Shown: positions 26,521 to 37,250, counted from the first letter of the whole stretch. The stretch: 63,534 nucleotides of DNA, filler included, from Octopus bimaculoides (GCF_001194135.2; 5 parts of 5 records of this genome joined end to end with filler, not necessarily neighbours in it); one strand, 5' to 3'. The notes: a model not told the origin generated them from the sequence alone. Program-made: numbers and translations.

Positions 26521-26871
26521 TGTCTATGCGTGTGTGAGATGGGGGTGGGGTGTGTGTGTGTGCGTGTGTGTGTGTGTCAGTGTGTGTGTGTGTGTGTGTG
26601 TAAGAGTTGAAAACCTATCAAAAATATTTTGAAACATATTTACCGAATGCAAACATCAAGATACATTTAAAGAGCTGAAGCAAGTGCATTGCACACGCAC
26701 ATGCATACACACAGACGGAGACGCACACACACACAAACGGAGACACACACACACACACGTTTAAACAGCTCCACTTGTGTACTTATGTTTTTGTATGTAT
26801 ATATGCATAAATGCATACAGCAAAAATATATGTGAATGTGAGTTTACACACACACACACACATACATACAT

Positions 26872-26908
<37 letters not shown>

Positions 26909-27151
26909 NNNNNNNNNNNNNNNNNNNNNNNNNNNNNNNNNNNNNNNNNNNNNNNNNNNNNNNNNNNNNNNNNNNNNNNNNNNNNNNNNNNNNNNNNNNN
27001 NNNNNNNNNNNNNNNNNNNNNNNNNNNNNNNNNNNNNNNNNNNNNNNNNNNNNNNNNNNNNNNNNNNNNNNNNNNNNNNNNNNNNNNNNNNNNNNNNNNN
27101 NNNNNNNNNNNNNNNNNNNNNNNNNNNNNNNNNNNNNNNNNNNNNNNNNNN

Positions 27152-27202
<51 letters not shown>

Positions 27203-27288
27203 AATATATTTTTGTGTGTGCATGTATGTATAAGTGTGTATGTCTACATATATATGTATATATACGTATGTATATATGTATATAGATG

Positions 27289-27331
<43 letters not shown>

Positions 27332-27403
27332 TAATACTGTATAGAGAAAAAGAAGTTCTCTCTCTCTCTACCTATCTATCTATCTATCTATCTCTCTCTT
27401 GCG

Positions 27404-27441
<38 letters not shown>

Positions 27442-27929
27442 TGTATGTATGTGTATGTATTTATATATCTATGTTACGTGTATGAGTATATGCATATATT
27501 TGTTTCCCTCTCTTTTTCTGACCATGTATGTGTGAGTGTGAGTGTGTGTGCGCGTGCGCGATGTACTAAAGAACACGCACAACTTGAGAATTACTGCAAA
27601 ATAACTACAAATTGATTGCGGAACTTGGTAAAAAAAAAGACCCGAAACAAAACCCAAAAAATTTATTTCCATTCGTCAAGGAAGCAATTAAGCTAGAGAT
27701 TGATGTGTATAAAAACATTACATCAGCTTAGAGAGTCTCGAGAATGTACTGGAAAAATATAATCAGCATGCCTGTTCCCATGGAGTGAGCACCAGCATGG
27801 CCACACCTGGAAGACTGAAATTCACTAAAAGAGCTTTAAATTGGTAATGAAAGCCAAGAAGCAGTTGACCACGTAATGGCGATTGTAATAACGGAATGAT
27901 ACTTCTGGAAATATTATTATTATTATTAT

Positions 27930-28128
27930 TTAGCACGCTGGACGAAATACTTAGCGGTATTTCGCCCGTCGCTGCGCTCTGAGTTCAAATTCCGCTGAGG
28001 TCGACTTTGCCTTTCATCCTTTCGGGGTTGATAAATTAAGTACCAGTAAAACACTGGGATCAATGCAATCGGATTAACCCCTCCCACAACTTTCAGGCCT
28101 TGAGCCTATAGTAGAAAGGATTTATTAT
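27930..28128 (+). mobile_element. SINE family B with ATT tracts at both ends
   Basis: GAGTTCAAATTCCGCTGAGGTCGACTTTGCC...GAAAGGATTTATTATT. Confidence 0.88.
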
Positions 28129-28149
28129 TATTTTAGTTATTACAATTTT

Positions 28150-29090
28150 ATTGTAATACGTGTAACAGGTGCAGACATAGCTGTATAGTTAAGAAGCGCG
28201 CTTTGCTATCACGGGGTTCTAGGTTCAGTCCCTTTGCACATCACCCTGGGTAAGTGACTTCTACTATAACCTAGAGTTGACCATTGCCTTGGGAGTGAAT
28301 GTGGTAAATGGAAACTCAGTGGAAGCTCTCTCGTATATATTTATATGTGTGTGTGTATATGTATTAATGACGGGCAGCTTCGATTTTTAAAACCCAATAT
28401 ATTTTCACACTATATTTATAGCTTATCTGCTTCAGAATCTAATGTTCCAAAAGAGCATTATTTCATGTGCTTTTATTCTTTTACTTGTTTCAGCTATTTT
28501 ACTGCAGTCATGCTGGAGCACCGCCTTTAGTCGAAAAAATCGACCCCAGGACTTATTCTTTGTAAGCCTAGTACTTATACTATCGGTCTTTTGCCGAACC
28601 GTATAGTTACAGGGACGTAAACACACTAACATCGGTTGTCAAGCGATGGTGGGGGAACAAACATAGACACGCAAATACCTACATATATACAACGAGCTTC
28701 TTTCAGTTTCCCTCTTTCAGATCCACTCACAAAGCTTTGGTCGGCCGAGGCTATAGTAGAAGACAATTGTCCAAAGTGCCACGCAGTGGGGCTGAACCCG
28801 GAACCATGCGGTTGGGAAGCTAGCTTCCTACCACACAGCCATGTGCATGCATGTGTGTGAGTGCGCGTGTGTATTTCTTTGTGTTTACGTTTGTGGCCTC
28901 ATCACACACCGCTTGAAACCGGTGTTTGTTTTGTAAATTTGTGGTTCGGCAAAAGAGAACTGTAGAATACGAACCAGATAAATTACCACAAAAAAAAAAA
29001 AAGAAAAAAAAGTTGCTGGGATCAAACTGTTCGATTAAAAACCCTTCAAAGTACTGCCCCAGCGTGGGGCACGACTGAAACATGTACAGA
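28150..29090. mobile_element. Nested SINE family A copies (plus head at 28150-28345, minus near-full copy at 28478-28848, related tail to 29090)
   Basis: Direct similarity to 22698-23105. Confidence 0.8.
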
Positions 29091-29099
29091 GAAATGGAG

Positions 29100-30050
29100 G
29101 AAAAAAATGAAATTAATAAAGAATTCATTTGTCTCAGTAGCGATTCTTTTAACTCAATGAGCGTGTTGTTTTATAATTCTTTTTCTCTTAAAACCCATCA
29201 ATCTATTATCGCTTTACTTAACATCTGTTCGCCATATTTTTTTTCGAGATGAAAAAAAAAAGAGGCCAAAGAAAATTATCATACTATTACTTCTTATGAC
29301 GTCCTGCGTTTTACAATATTTTGTAAGAATAGTAGAGGATAGATGACACAATTTCCAAGTTTCTTTCTTCAAATTTTCCAAATTTTTCAGCATTCTTCAA
29401 CGATTTTTTTTAATATCTTAATTTTCAATTAAGGCAGACGAGAAAAACAAAAAGAAAAAAAAATTGCTACAAAAGAACTGCAAAAAAGAATCGTTGGTGT
29501 TAATGAAGTCCAGCTGTATATTTTCAATTTACTTTCTGTATTTTAAGTTTTCTTGCTCTTGCCTATTGCTGTAGTTACTACTGTTGCTGTTGTTTATGAT
29601 AATGATGCAGGAACGGATGAAGTAGGAGCGGAGTGGGTCAGAATCACGATGCGTGCTTGCTCTATTTCATTGCCACTAACATTCTTCATTATTTCGTTTT
29701 TTTTTCTTTCTCGTTCCTCTTTTTAAGCCGAGCTTTACTGGATGTTTCAGCAGGCATGGTTAAGCTGGTCTCTCTCTCTCACTAACTAAACTAAAATTAT
29801 TCGAAAAAAACGAACAAACCAAAAACAAAAAAAAACCCTCCTCTCTTACCGCTATTTTCCCCGACATACTATTCCACCAGCATGCCTCTAGCTAATAAAA
29901 ACAACTGACACCGGAGTAGCAGCCATTTTTTACTTTAATTTTTACTGAAGTCTATCAAAGCCAGACGTTATCCCACCATCATAAACAGTCTGATGCTTGA
30001 CAGCGCGTACCAATTTCTTTCCATCCTCTTATCTTTGTTTCTTTATATAT
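29100..30050. promoter_or_regulatory. Unique, CpG-containing promoter/5'UTR-like island
   Basis: Non-repetitive stretch with YY1-like motifs GCAGCCATTTT (about 29920) and TTCGCCATATT (about 29228), plus short minus-strand uORF-like frames. Confidence 0.25.
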
Positions 30051-30474
30051 CTCTATATAATTTTTACCCGTTGTTTCTCTCCTAAACCATAGCAATCTAT
30101 TATTCCTTTATCCCTTCTGACCTATTTTCTCTGCTTTCTGGGTTTCCTTACCATTTGCCAGACTCTCTCTAACACCTGTAACACAAACTGTAGTGTTAAA
30201 CTAGTTTATTGGTTCAGATAGTCTCTTTACGACTTACATATTTCCTTCTACCTACAGCACCAAATTCTGTACATTCAATAGCCTTCACACCACTTTATCT
30301 ACCTACCTACCTACCTTTCTGTTGTCTGTCTATCTATTTATCTGACTGTCTCTTTCTTCCTCTATCTATCTATCTATTACCCTGTCTGTCTGTCTTTTTA
30401 ACAGTAATTTTGCCGAACCGGTACACAAACCAACGTAAACAAACTAACACCTCCTGTCAAGAGGGTGGGGGACA

Positions 30475-30790
<316 letters not shown>

Positions 30791-31000
30791 GCAATTGAGC
30801 ACACCTTCACACAGTATGACAGAAACCACACCTAACCAATACCAACTAAACACAGAAAACGTATGAGTCCAGCTATTTGTATTCATCACCCCCACTCCAC
30901 CCTACTGAGTAACCATCTCATGAACAACAAGCATGGAACCTATATCACGGAAGAACCGAATGGGAATGCAACAGCATATACAATGTAAACTTGGGCAACA

Positions 31001-31850
31001 TACGAGGTTTGATCCAATAAGTATCCGGACTGTTGCCATATTAACGAAGCTAAAGCATGCGAAGTATAGCCGTTTGGCAAAGACTGACCTTGAACTCTGT
31101 TGTGCATGCGCACAAAGTTTTAACGTTCTAATTCGCTTCCGCTGTTTACAGCATTGCTTGGAATTTGTAGCGTGTGTTCGTCTGCTCAGAGGCCTACGCA
31201 AAGTCGTAGAGAGTGTATGGAGAGGAGTGTATGAGCCGCACACAAGTGTACGAGCGGTTCAGACGTTTCCAAGATGGCAGGAAAAATGTCGATATCGACG
31301 AACGTTCTGGGAGAGACGCAACCAGCAGAATTGAGAAGAAACATTGCAGATGTGTGTGCAGTTGTGAGGGGAAATCGTCAAATCACCATCCGTGAGTTAT
31401 CAGAGGATGTGCAGATTAATTACGGTTCAGTTTAGTCCATTACCACTGAAGATTTGTGTACGAGACGCGTGTCTCCCACGTTTGTGCCAAAACTGCTTTC
31501 AGTTAACCAAAAAGACACTCGGGTTTCAGTTGCACAAAATCTCCTCGATTGTGTCGAGAATGAAGAAAACCTTTTGAAAACTTTGCGTAGACCTCCCAGT
31601 AGATATCGCCAAGCTTTTGGCAAATTCTGATGCAAATTATCTGCTCAACTTTCTCTGTCATTGTCAATGCGACGATCATACGCTACACACGTTCCTTCCA
31701 AGCACTGCAGTAAACAGCGGAAGTGAGCTAGAACGTTAAAAATTAGTGCGCATGCACAACAAAGTCAACCTCTGCCGAGCAGCTTCCCTCTGCGTGATTT
31801 AGATTCGTTGCTATGACAACAACCCGGATACTTATTGATCAGACCTTATA
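31001..31850 (+). mobile_element. Non-autonomous mariner with long (about 175-185 bp) terminal inverted repeats
   Basis: 31001-31185 aligns with the reverse complement of 31680-31850; TA at both ends. Internal transposase N-terminus YGEECMSRTQVYERFRRFQDGRKNVDIDERSGR...FVPKLL. Confidence 0.88.
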
Positions 31851-32094
31851 CTCTAGATACAAATACCCAATATAACTCTTACATAACGGGTCATTGACAT
31901 AATTGTTGAAGACGAGAAAGAAAACTGAATGTACAATCATCGCCATTCTATATCTTAAACACTATGTTTTGTAAAGTATGTCCAAACTTTTGGTACACGT
32001 GTGTGAATTTGTTTATATATGATTAAATATGTTGATACAATTATTTACGTTATTTACATTTGACGGATATTTGTCCACATCTTGTTTGTTGTTA

Positions 32095-32138
32095 ACACAA
32101 CCTTTCGGCTGATATACTCTCCAGCCTTCATCAGGTGT
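32095..32138 (-). ncRNA. Second hammerhead motif in the inverted tail copy (stem III mutated)
   Basis: Reverse complement reads ACAC CUGAUGA A GGCUG...CAGCC GAAAGGUU GUGU; the C-to-G change breaks the ACGU palindrome. Confidence 0.65.
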
Positions 32139-32322
32139 CTTGGGGGAAGTTTCGAACCTGGATTCTCATTCCATATGGCGTAATGGTTAAACGCACGAGC
32201 TACGAACCCCAAGGTTCCGAGTTCGAGTCCAGGCAGTGACCTGAATAATAATAATAATAGTAATAATAATAATATCGAAAAATACATTAGGAATGAGAAC
32301 CCAGGTTCGAAACTTCCCCAAG

Positions 32323-32366
32323 ACACCTGATGAAGGCTGAAGGGTATATCAGCCGAAACGTTGTGT
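32323..32366 (+). ncRNA. Minimal type I hammerhead ribozyme motif (PLE-like)
   Basis: Stem I ACAC/GUGU; core CUGAUGA (32327-32333); stem II GGCUG/CAGCC; GAAA (32355-32358); palindromic stem III ACGU; cleavage triplet GUU. Confidence 0.8.
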
Positions 32367-32714
32367 TAACAACAAAGATGAGAACAAATATCCGTCAAAT
32401 GTAAATAATTCCTCATCTCTTAAATATAGAATTGTATGTTGATACAATCATATATTTAGTTACATCCATATATGATAATGGCAGAATGCAACCGTATGGC
32501 ACTTAAGTATAACTTTAAAACAAAAAAAAACTAATTGTATGATTAACTACAGCACCAAAATATGCCTAATAATATGTATATATCGTAATATATGTTTAAG
32601 TATAATACTTTTGAATCCGATTGTAAGTCGCTAAAACATATGAACAAAAACGTTAGTGCATGAATAACTAATGAAGCAGAATGAATACATAGATCTGGAT
32701 ATGTACACGCCGAG

Positions 32715-32961
32715 GTTGATGGCTGTGTAGGTGTGTTGGTGTGTACGTGTATGCTGGTGTGTGCGTGTGTGTTGGCGTGTACGTGTGTGCATGTGTTGGT
32801 GTGTGTGTGCGTGTGTTGGCGTGTGCGTGTGTGTTGGTGTGTACGTGTGTATGTGTGCGTGTGTGTTGGCGTGTACGTGTGTATGTGTGCGTGTGTGTTG
32901 GCGTGTACGTGTGCATGTGTGCGAGTGTGTTGGCGTGTACGTGTGTGTTGGCGTGTACGTG
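32715..32961. repeat. TG-derived minisatellite (TGTTGGCGTGTACGTGTG units) running into a large gap
   Basis: Read directly. Confidence 0.9.
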
Positions 32962-34086
32962 NNNNNNNNNNNNNNNNNNNNNNNNNNNNNNNNNNNNNNN
33001 NNNNNNNNNNNNNNNNNNNNNNNNNNNNNNNNNNNNNNNNNNNNNNNNNNNNNNNNNNNNNNNNNNNNNNNNNNNNNNNNNNNNNNNNNNNNNNNNNNNN
33101 NNNNNNNNNNNNNNNNNNNNNNNNNNNNNNNNNNNNNNNNNNNNNNNNNNNNNNNNNNNNNNNNNNNNNNNNNNNNNNNNNNNNNNNNNNNNNNNNNNNN
33201 NNNNNNNNNNNNNNNNNNNNNNNNNNNNNNNNNNNNNNNNNNNNNNNNNNNNNNNNNNNNNNNNNNNNNNNNNNNNNNNNNNNNNNNNNNNNNNNNNNNN
33301 NNNNNNNNNNNNNNNNNNNNNNNNNNNNNNNNNNNNNNNNNNNNNNNNNNNNNNNNNNNNNNNNNNNNNNNNNNNNNNNNNNNNNNNNNNNNNNNNNNNN
33401 NNNNNNNNNNNNNNNNNNNNNNNNNNNNNNNNNNNNNNNNNNNNNNNNNNNNNNNNNNNNNNNNNNNNNNNNNNNNNNNNNNNNNNNNNNNNNNNNNNNN
33501 NNNNNNNNNNNNNNNNNNNNNNNNNNNNNNNNNNNNNNNNNNNNNNNNNNNNNNNNNNNNNNNNNNNNNNNNNNNNNNNNNNNNNNNNNNNNNNNNNNNN
33601 NNNNNNNNNNNNNNNNNNNNNNNNNNNNNNNNNNNNNNNNNNNNNNNNNNNNNNNNNNNNNNNNNNNNNNNNNNNNNNNNNNNNNNNNNNNNNNNNNNNN
33701 NNNNNNNNNNNNNNNNNNNNNNNNNNNNNNNNNNNNNNNNNNNNNNNNNNNNNNNNNNNNNNNNNNNNNNNNNNNNNNNNNNNNNNNNNNNNNNNNNNNN
33801 NNNNNNNNNNNNNNNNNNNNNNNNNNNNNNNNNNNNNNNNNNNNNNNNNNNNNNNNNNNNNNNNNNNNNNNNNNNNNNNNNNNNTTTACCCTTGCGTAAC
33901 CCTTCAAATAAATTACATGCCTAAAGGAACCCCTGCACAAAAAAAATTATACACCATATCTTTCTCATATTTTTTCCATCGTAGTGCACATCCCCTTCCG
34001 GTCCTTCCACAATGTAACCTCGTGGACATCGGTGGCGATTTTTTCTTCTTCCGTTTTTCCCTTCTTTGGACTTTCCTTGTTTCCGA

Positions 34087-34113
34087 CCGACGAAGAGCTC
34101 CGCTCGAAACGTC
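34087..34113 (+). ncRNA. Degenerate type I hammerhead core (PLE pLTR remnant)
   Basis: CCGACGA A GAGC-UCC-GCUC GAAA CGUC; stem I does not pair. Confidence 0.5.
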
Positions 34114-34226
34114 ATATTCTCTCTCTTTCCTTTCCCGAGCGTCTAGTAACACAATCTGTATCACGTCCTCACGTTGTTGTTTTTTGTTGTTGTTTTTTTG
34201 TCTTTTTCCTTTTTTTGAACTTATAT

Positions 34227-34260
<34 letters not shown>

Positions 34261-34326
34261 GTAACCACATGTGAGTCGTTGGTGACTTTTTTTCCTCCGT
34301 CTTCCTTTTCTATTGGACTTTCCTCT

Positions 34327-34362
34327 GTTTCTGGAAGAAGAGCTTTGCTCGAAACGTTAAAC
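34327..34362 (+). ncRNA. Type I hammerhead motif (PLE pLTR remnant)
   Basis: Stem I GUUU/AAAC; core CUG(G)AAGA with one extra G; stem II GAGC-UUU-GCUC; GAAA; ACGU palindrome; GUU. Confidence 0.6.
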
Positions 34363-34496
34363 CATCTTTCTTTCCTTCCCTGAGCGTCTGCTAATATTTT
34401 ACATGTACCACGTCCTCGCATTACAATAACCAATAATATGTTGTGCATGTATAGTAATATTACGATCATGAAATTAGCATTAGCTTATTGCACTCT

Positions 34497-34546
34497 TTCT
34501 CGTGGAACCCTAGTGTTCCGGGGAATCCCGGTTGAGAAACACTGCC
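34497..34546. mobile_element. hAT-type MITE terminus
   Basis: Ends in GGTTGAGAAACACTG (reverse complement CAGTGTTTCTCAACC), typical of hAT/Charlie TIRs; a similar end lies at about 40620-40685. Confidence 0.55.
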
Positions 34547-34613
34547 TTAACTAAAACGAACAAATAATAACATGACCGTCCAATCTTTGGCGAGAAACCA
34601 CTTTATGTATGAA

Positions 34614-34717
34614 GTACCTGATGTGACTCAGACTGCAAAATTGATGCTGTACAGTATGATACACAGCATCTCACCCATAAGGGCGAGTTGCAGGATGGGT
34701 CGAAACGATCGTCGGAC
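34614..34717 (+). ncRNA. Degenerate hammerhead with extended, branched stem II
   Basis: Core CUGAUG(U); stem II GACUCA/UGGGUC enclosing CUGCAA/UUGCAG and GAUGCUGU/ACAGCAUC; GAAA; palindrome ACGAUCGU; GUC; stem I pairs at 3 of 4 positions; AAUAAA follows. Confidence 0.5.
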
Positions 34718-34796
34718 AAAATAAAGAGTTATACCAATTCCATCTTTTGTTTCTTTAATCGATTATTATCTCAACTAATACTGCGGAATTCCTGAA

Positions 34797-35148
34797 GTTG
34801 TTGTTGTTGGCATTCCGTCGCTTATGACGTCGAGGGTTCCAGTTGATCCGATCAACGGAACAACCTGCTCGTGAAATCAACGTGCAAGTGGCTGAGCACT
34901 CCACAGACACGTGCACCCTTAACGTAGTTCTCGGGGGAGATTCAGAGTGACACAGAGTGTGACAAGGCTGACCCTTTGAAATACAGGTACAACACAAACA
35001 GGAAGAAAGAGTGAGAGAAAGTTGTGGTGAAAGAGTACAGCAGGGTTTGCCACCATCCCCTGCCGGAGCCTCGTGGAGCTTTAGGTGTTTTCGCTCAATA
35101 AACACTCTCAACGCCCGGTCTGGGAATCGAAACCGCGATCCTATGACC
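34797..35148 (-). mobile_element. tRNA-derived SINE family C with (AAC)n tail
   Basis: Minus-strand B-box GGTTTCGATTCCC near 35125; (GTT)n at the left end; the head runs into a gap. Confidence 0.75.
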
Positions 35149-36267
35149 NNNNNNNNNNNNNNNNNNNNNNNNNNNNNNNNNNNNNNNNNNNNNNNNNNNN
35201 NNNNNNNNNNNNNNNNNNNNNNNNNNNNNNNNNNNNNNNNNNNNNNNNNNNNNNNNNNNNNNNNNNNNNNNNNNNNNNNNNNNNNNNNNNNNNNNNNNNN
35301 NNNNNNNNNNNNNNNNNNNNNNNNNNNNNNNNNNNNNNNNNNNNNNNNNNNNNNNNNNNNNNNNNNNNNNNNNNNNNNNNNNNNNNNNNNNNNNNNNNNN
35401 NNNNNNNNNNNNNNNNNNNNNNNNNNNNNNNNNNNNNNNNNNNNNNNNNNNNNNNNNNNNNNNNNNNNNNNNNNNNNNNNNNNNNNNNNNNNNNNNNNNN
35501 NNNNNNNNNNNNNNNNNNNNNNNNNNNNNNNNNNNNNNNNNNNNNNNNNNNNNNNNNNNNNNNNNNNNNNNNNNNNNNNNNNNNNNNNNNNNNNNNNNNN
35601 NNNNNNNNNNNNNNNNNNNNNNNNNNNNNNNNNNNNNNNNNNNNNNNNNNNNNNNNNNNNNNNNNNNNNNNNNNNNNNNNNNNNNNNNNNNNNNNNNNNN
35701 NNNNNNNNNNNNNNNNNNNNNNNNNNNNNNNNNNNNNNNNNNNNNNNNNNNNNNNNNNNNNNNNNNNNNNNNNNNNNNNNNNNNNNNNNNNNNNNNNNNN
35801 NNNNNNNNNNNNNNNNNNNNNNNNNNNNNNNNNNNNNNNNNNNNNNNNNNNNNNNNNNNNNNNNNNNNNNNNNNNNNNNNNNNNNNNNNNNNNNNNNNNN
35901 NNNNNNNNNNNNNNNNNNNNNNNNNNNNNNNNNNNNNNNNNNNNNNNNNNNNNNNNNNNNNNNNGGAGGAGGGGCGTGCGTGTATGTGTGTATTACGTGA
36001 TACGAAGGAGATTAAATGATACACAAAATTGACTATTTTTGTGATTATCTCCCCTTCTGACTTGAAGTTGCTCCTGACACCAGGCGGGGTTAATTTTAAT
36101 TTTCAGCAAATCAAGAATTTATTTCGTTATATTTAACATACAATTATTCCATTAGTCACATTTGTTGTTCAAAATCATGCCACAGGGCACTCTCAGCTTC
36201 TTTTCATTATATACTTACACACATACATACACATCTAACTATCCATATCTATCTATCTATCTATCTA

Positions 36268-36695
36268 GGAAGTGGCTGTGTGGCAAGTGGCTTACTTACC
36301 AACCACATGGTTCCGGGTCCAGTCCCACTGCGTAGTACCTTAGGCAAATGTCTTCTACTATAGCTTCGGGCCGACCAAAGCGTTGTGACTGGATTTGGTA
36401 GACGGAAACTAAAAGAAGCCCGTCGTTTATATATATATATATACACATATGTATATATATGTGTGAGTGTGTATGTGTGTGTTTGTATATAATTGTGTGT
36501 TTTTGTGTCTGTCCCCCTACCATCGCTTGACAACCGATGCTGGTGTGTTTACGTCCCCCGTAACTTACCGGTTCGGCAAAAGAGTACCGATAGAATAAGT
36601 ACTAGGCTTACAAATAATAACTCCTGGGGTCGATTTGTTCTACTAAAAAGGCGGTGCTCCAGCAAGGCCGCAGTCAAATGAGTGAAACAACTAAA
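36268..36695 (+). mobile_element. Full-length SINE family A
   Basis: Same architecture as 22698-23105. Confidence 0.9.
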
Positions 36696-36706
36696 AAGAA
36701 AAGTAA

Positions 36707-36746
36707 ACTGCCCGATGAACGGGAACGTGAAACTCCAAGTAACAGT
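36707..36746 (+). ncRNA. Type I hammerhead motif (further family)
   Basis: Stem I ACUG(C)/(A)CAGU with a C-A mismatch next to the core; CCGAUGA; stem II ACG-GGAA-CGU; GAAA; stem III ACU-CCA-AGU; GUA. Confidence 0.55.
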
Positions 36747-37202
36747 ATTTTGTTATATTTCTGCTGCTTTTAAATAAAGTATATTACTCTACCTCTGGTA
36801 TTTGAGTACTCTTTTTTCCACCTTGTTGCACTTTTATGTGCTTNNNNNNNNNNNNNNNNNNNNNNNNNNNNNNNNNNNNNNNNNNNNNNNNNNNNNNNNN
36901 NNNNNNNNNNNNNNNNNNNNNNNNNNNNNNNNNNNNNNNNNNNNNNNNNNNNNNNNNNNNNNNNNNNNNNNNNNNNNNNNNNTATACATACATATATATA
37001 CATATATATATATATATAGGTTATGAGAGGTAATGGTGAGTAAGTGCTATGGATAGACCATAGTTAAGCTCCAGGTTCGGTGATTATGCGAATAAGGAGT
37101 CCAACATAGGTCATATATCAGCATGTGTATATATATAAAAAACTTTTTTCAGAATGAGATAAAAAAACCCAAGGCTGTGAAGATTTTAGAACATTTATAA
37201 AT

Positions 37203-37250
37203 GTCTTACAGCTGTTTCCGGGATATTTATTATATCCCTTCATCGGAGAC
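37203..37250 (-). ncRNA. Type I hammerhead ribozyme motif, well preserved
   Basis: Reverse complement: GUCU CCGAUGA A GGGAUAU-AAUAA-AUAUCCC G GAAA CAGCUG UA AGAC; stem I GUCU/AGAC; palindrome ACAGCUGU; GUA. Confidence 0.8.

Larger units (their letters stand above)
32042..32434 (+). mobile_element. Composite tRNA-head / (AAT)n / hammerhead-tail element with inverted duplicated tail and 14-bp TSD
   Basis: 32050-32172 is the reverse complement of 32290-32408. A-box TGGCGTAATGG and B-box GTTCGAGTCC lie at 32176-32230. Direct repeat TATGTTGATACAAT at 32028-32041 and 32435-32448. Confidence 0.85.

Noticed and set aside
29948-30000. Imperfect hairpin containing CAGTCTGATG, resembling miR-21
   Set aside because: Pairing is too broken for a pre-miRNA, miR-21 is vertebrate, and a similar 10-mer at about 61547 suggests chance.
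32173-32244. tRNA-Arg(ACG)-like gene
   Set aside because: A and B boxes and a CTACGAA loop are present, but the anticodon and acceptor stems do not pair; it is a SINE head.
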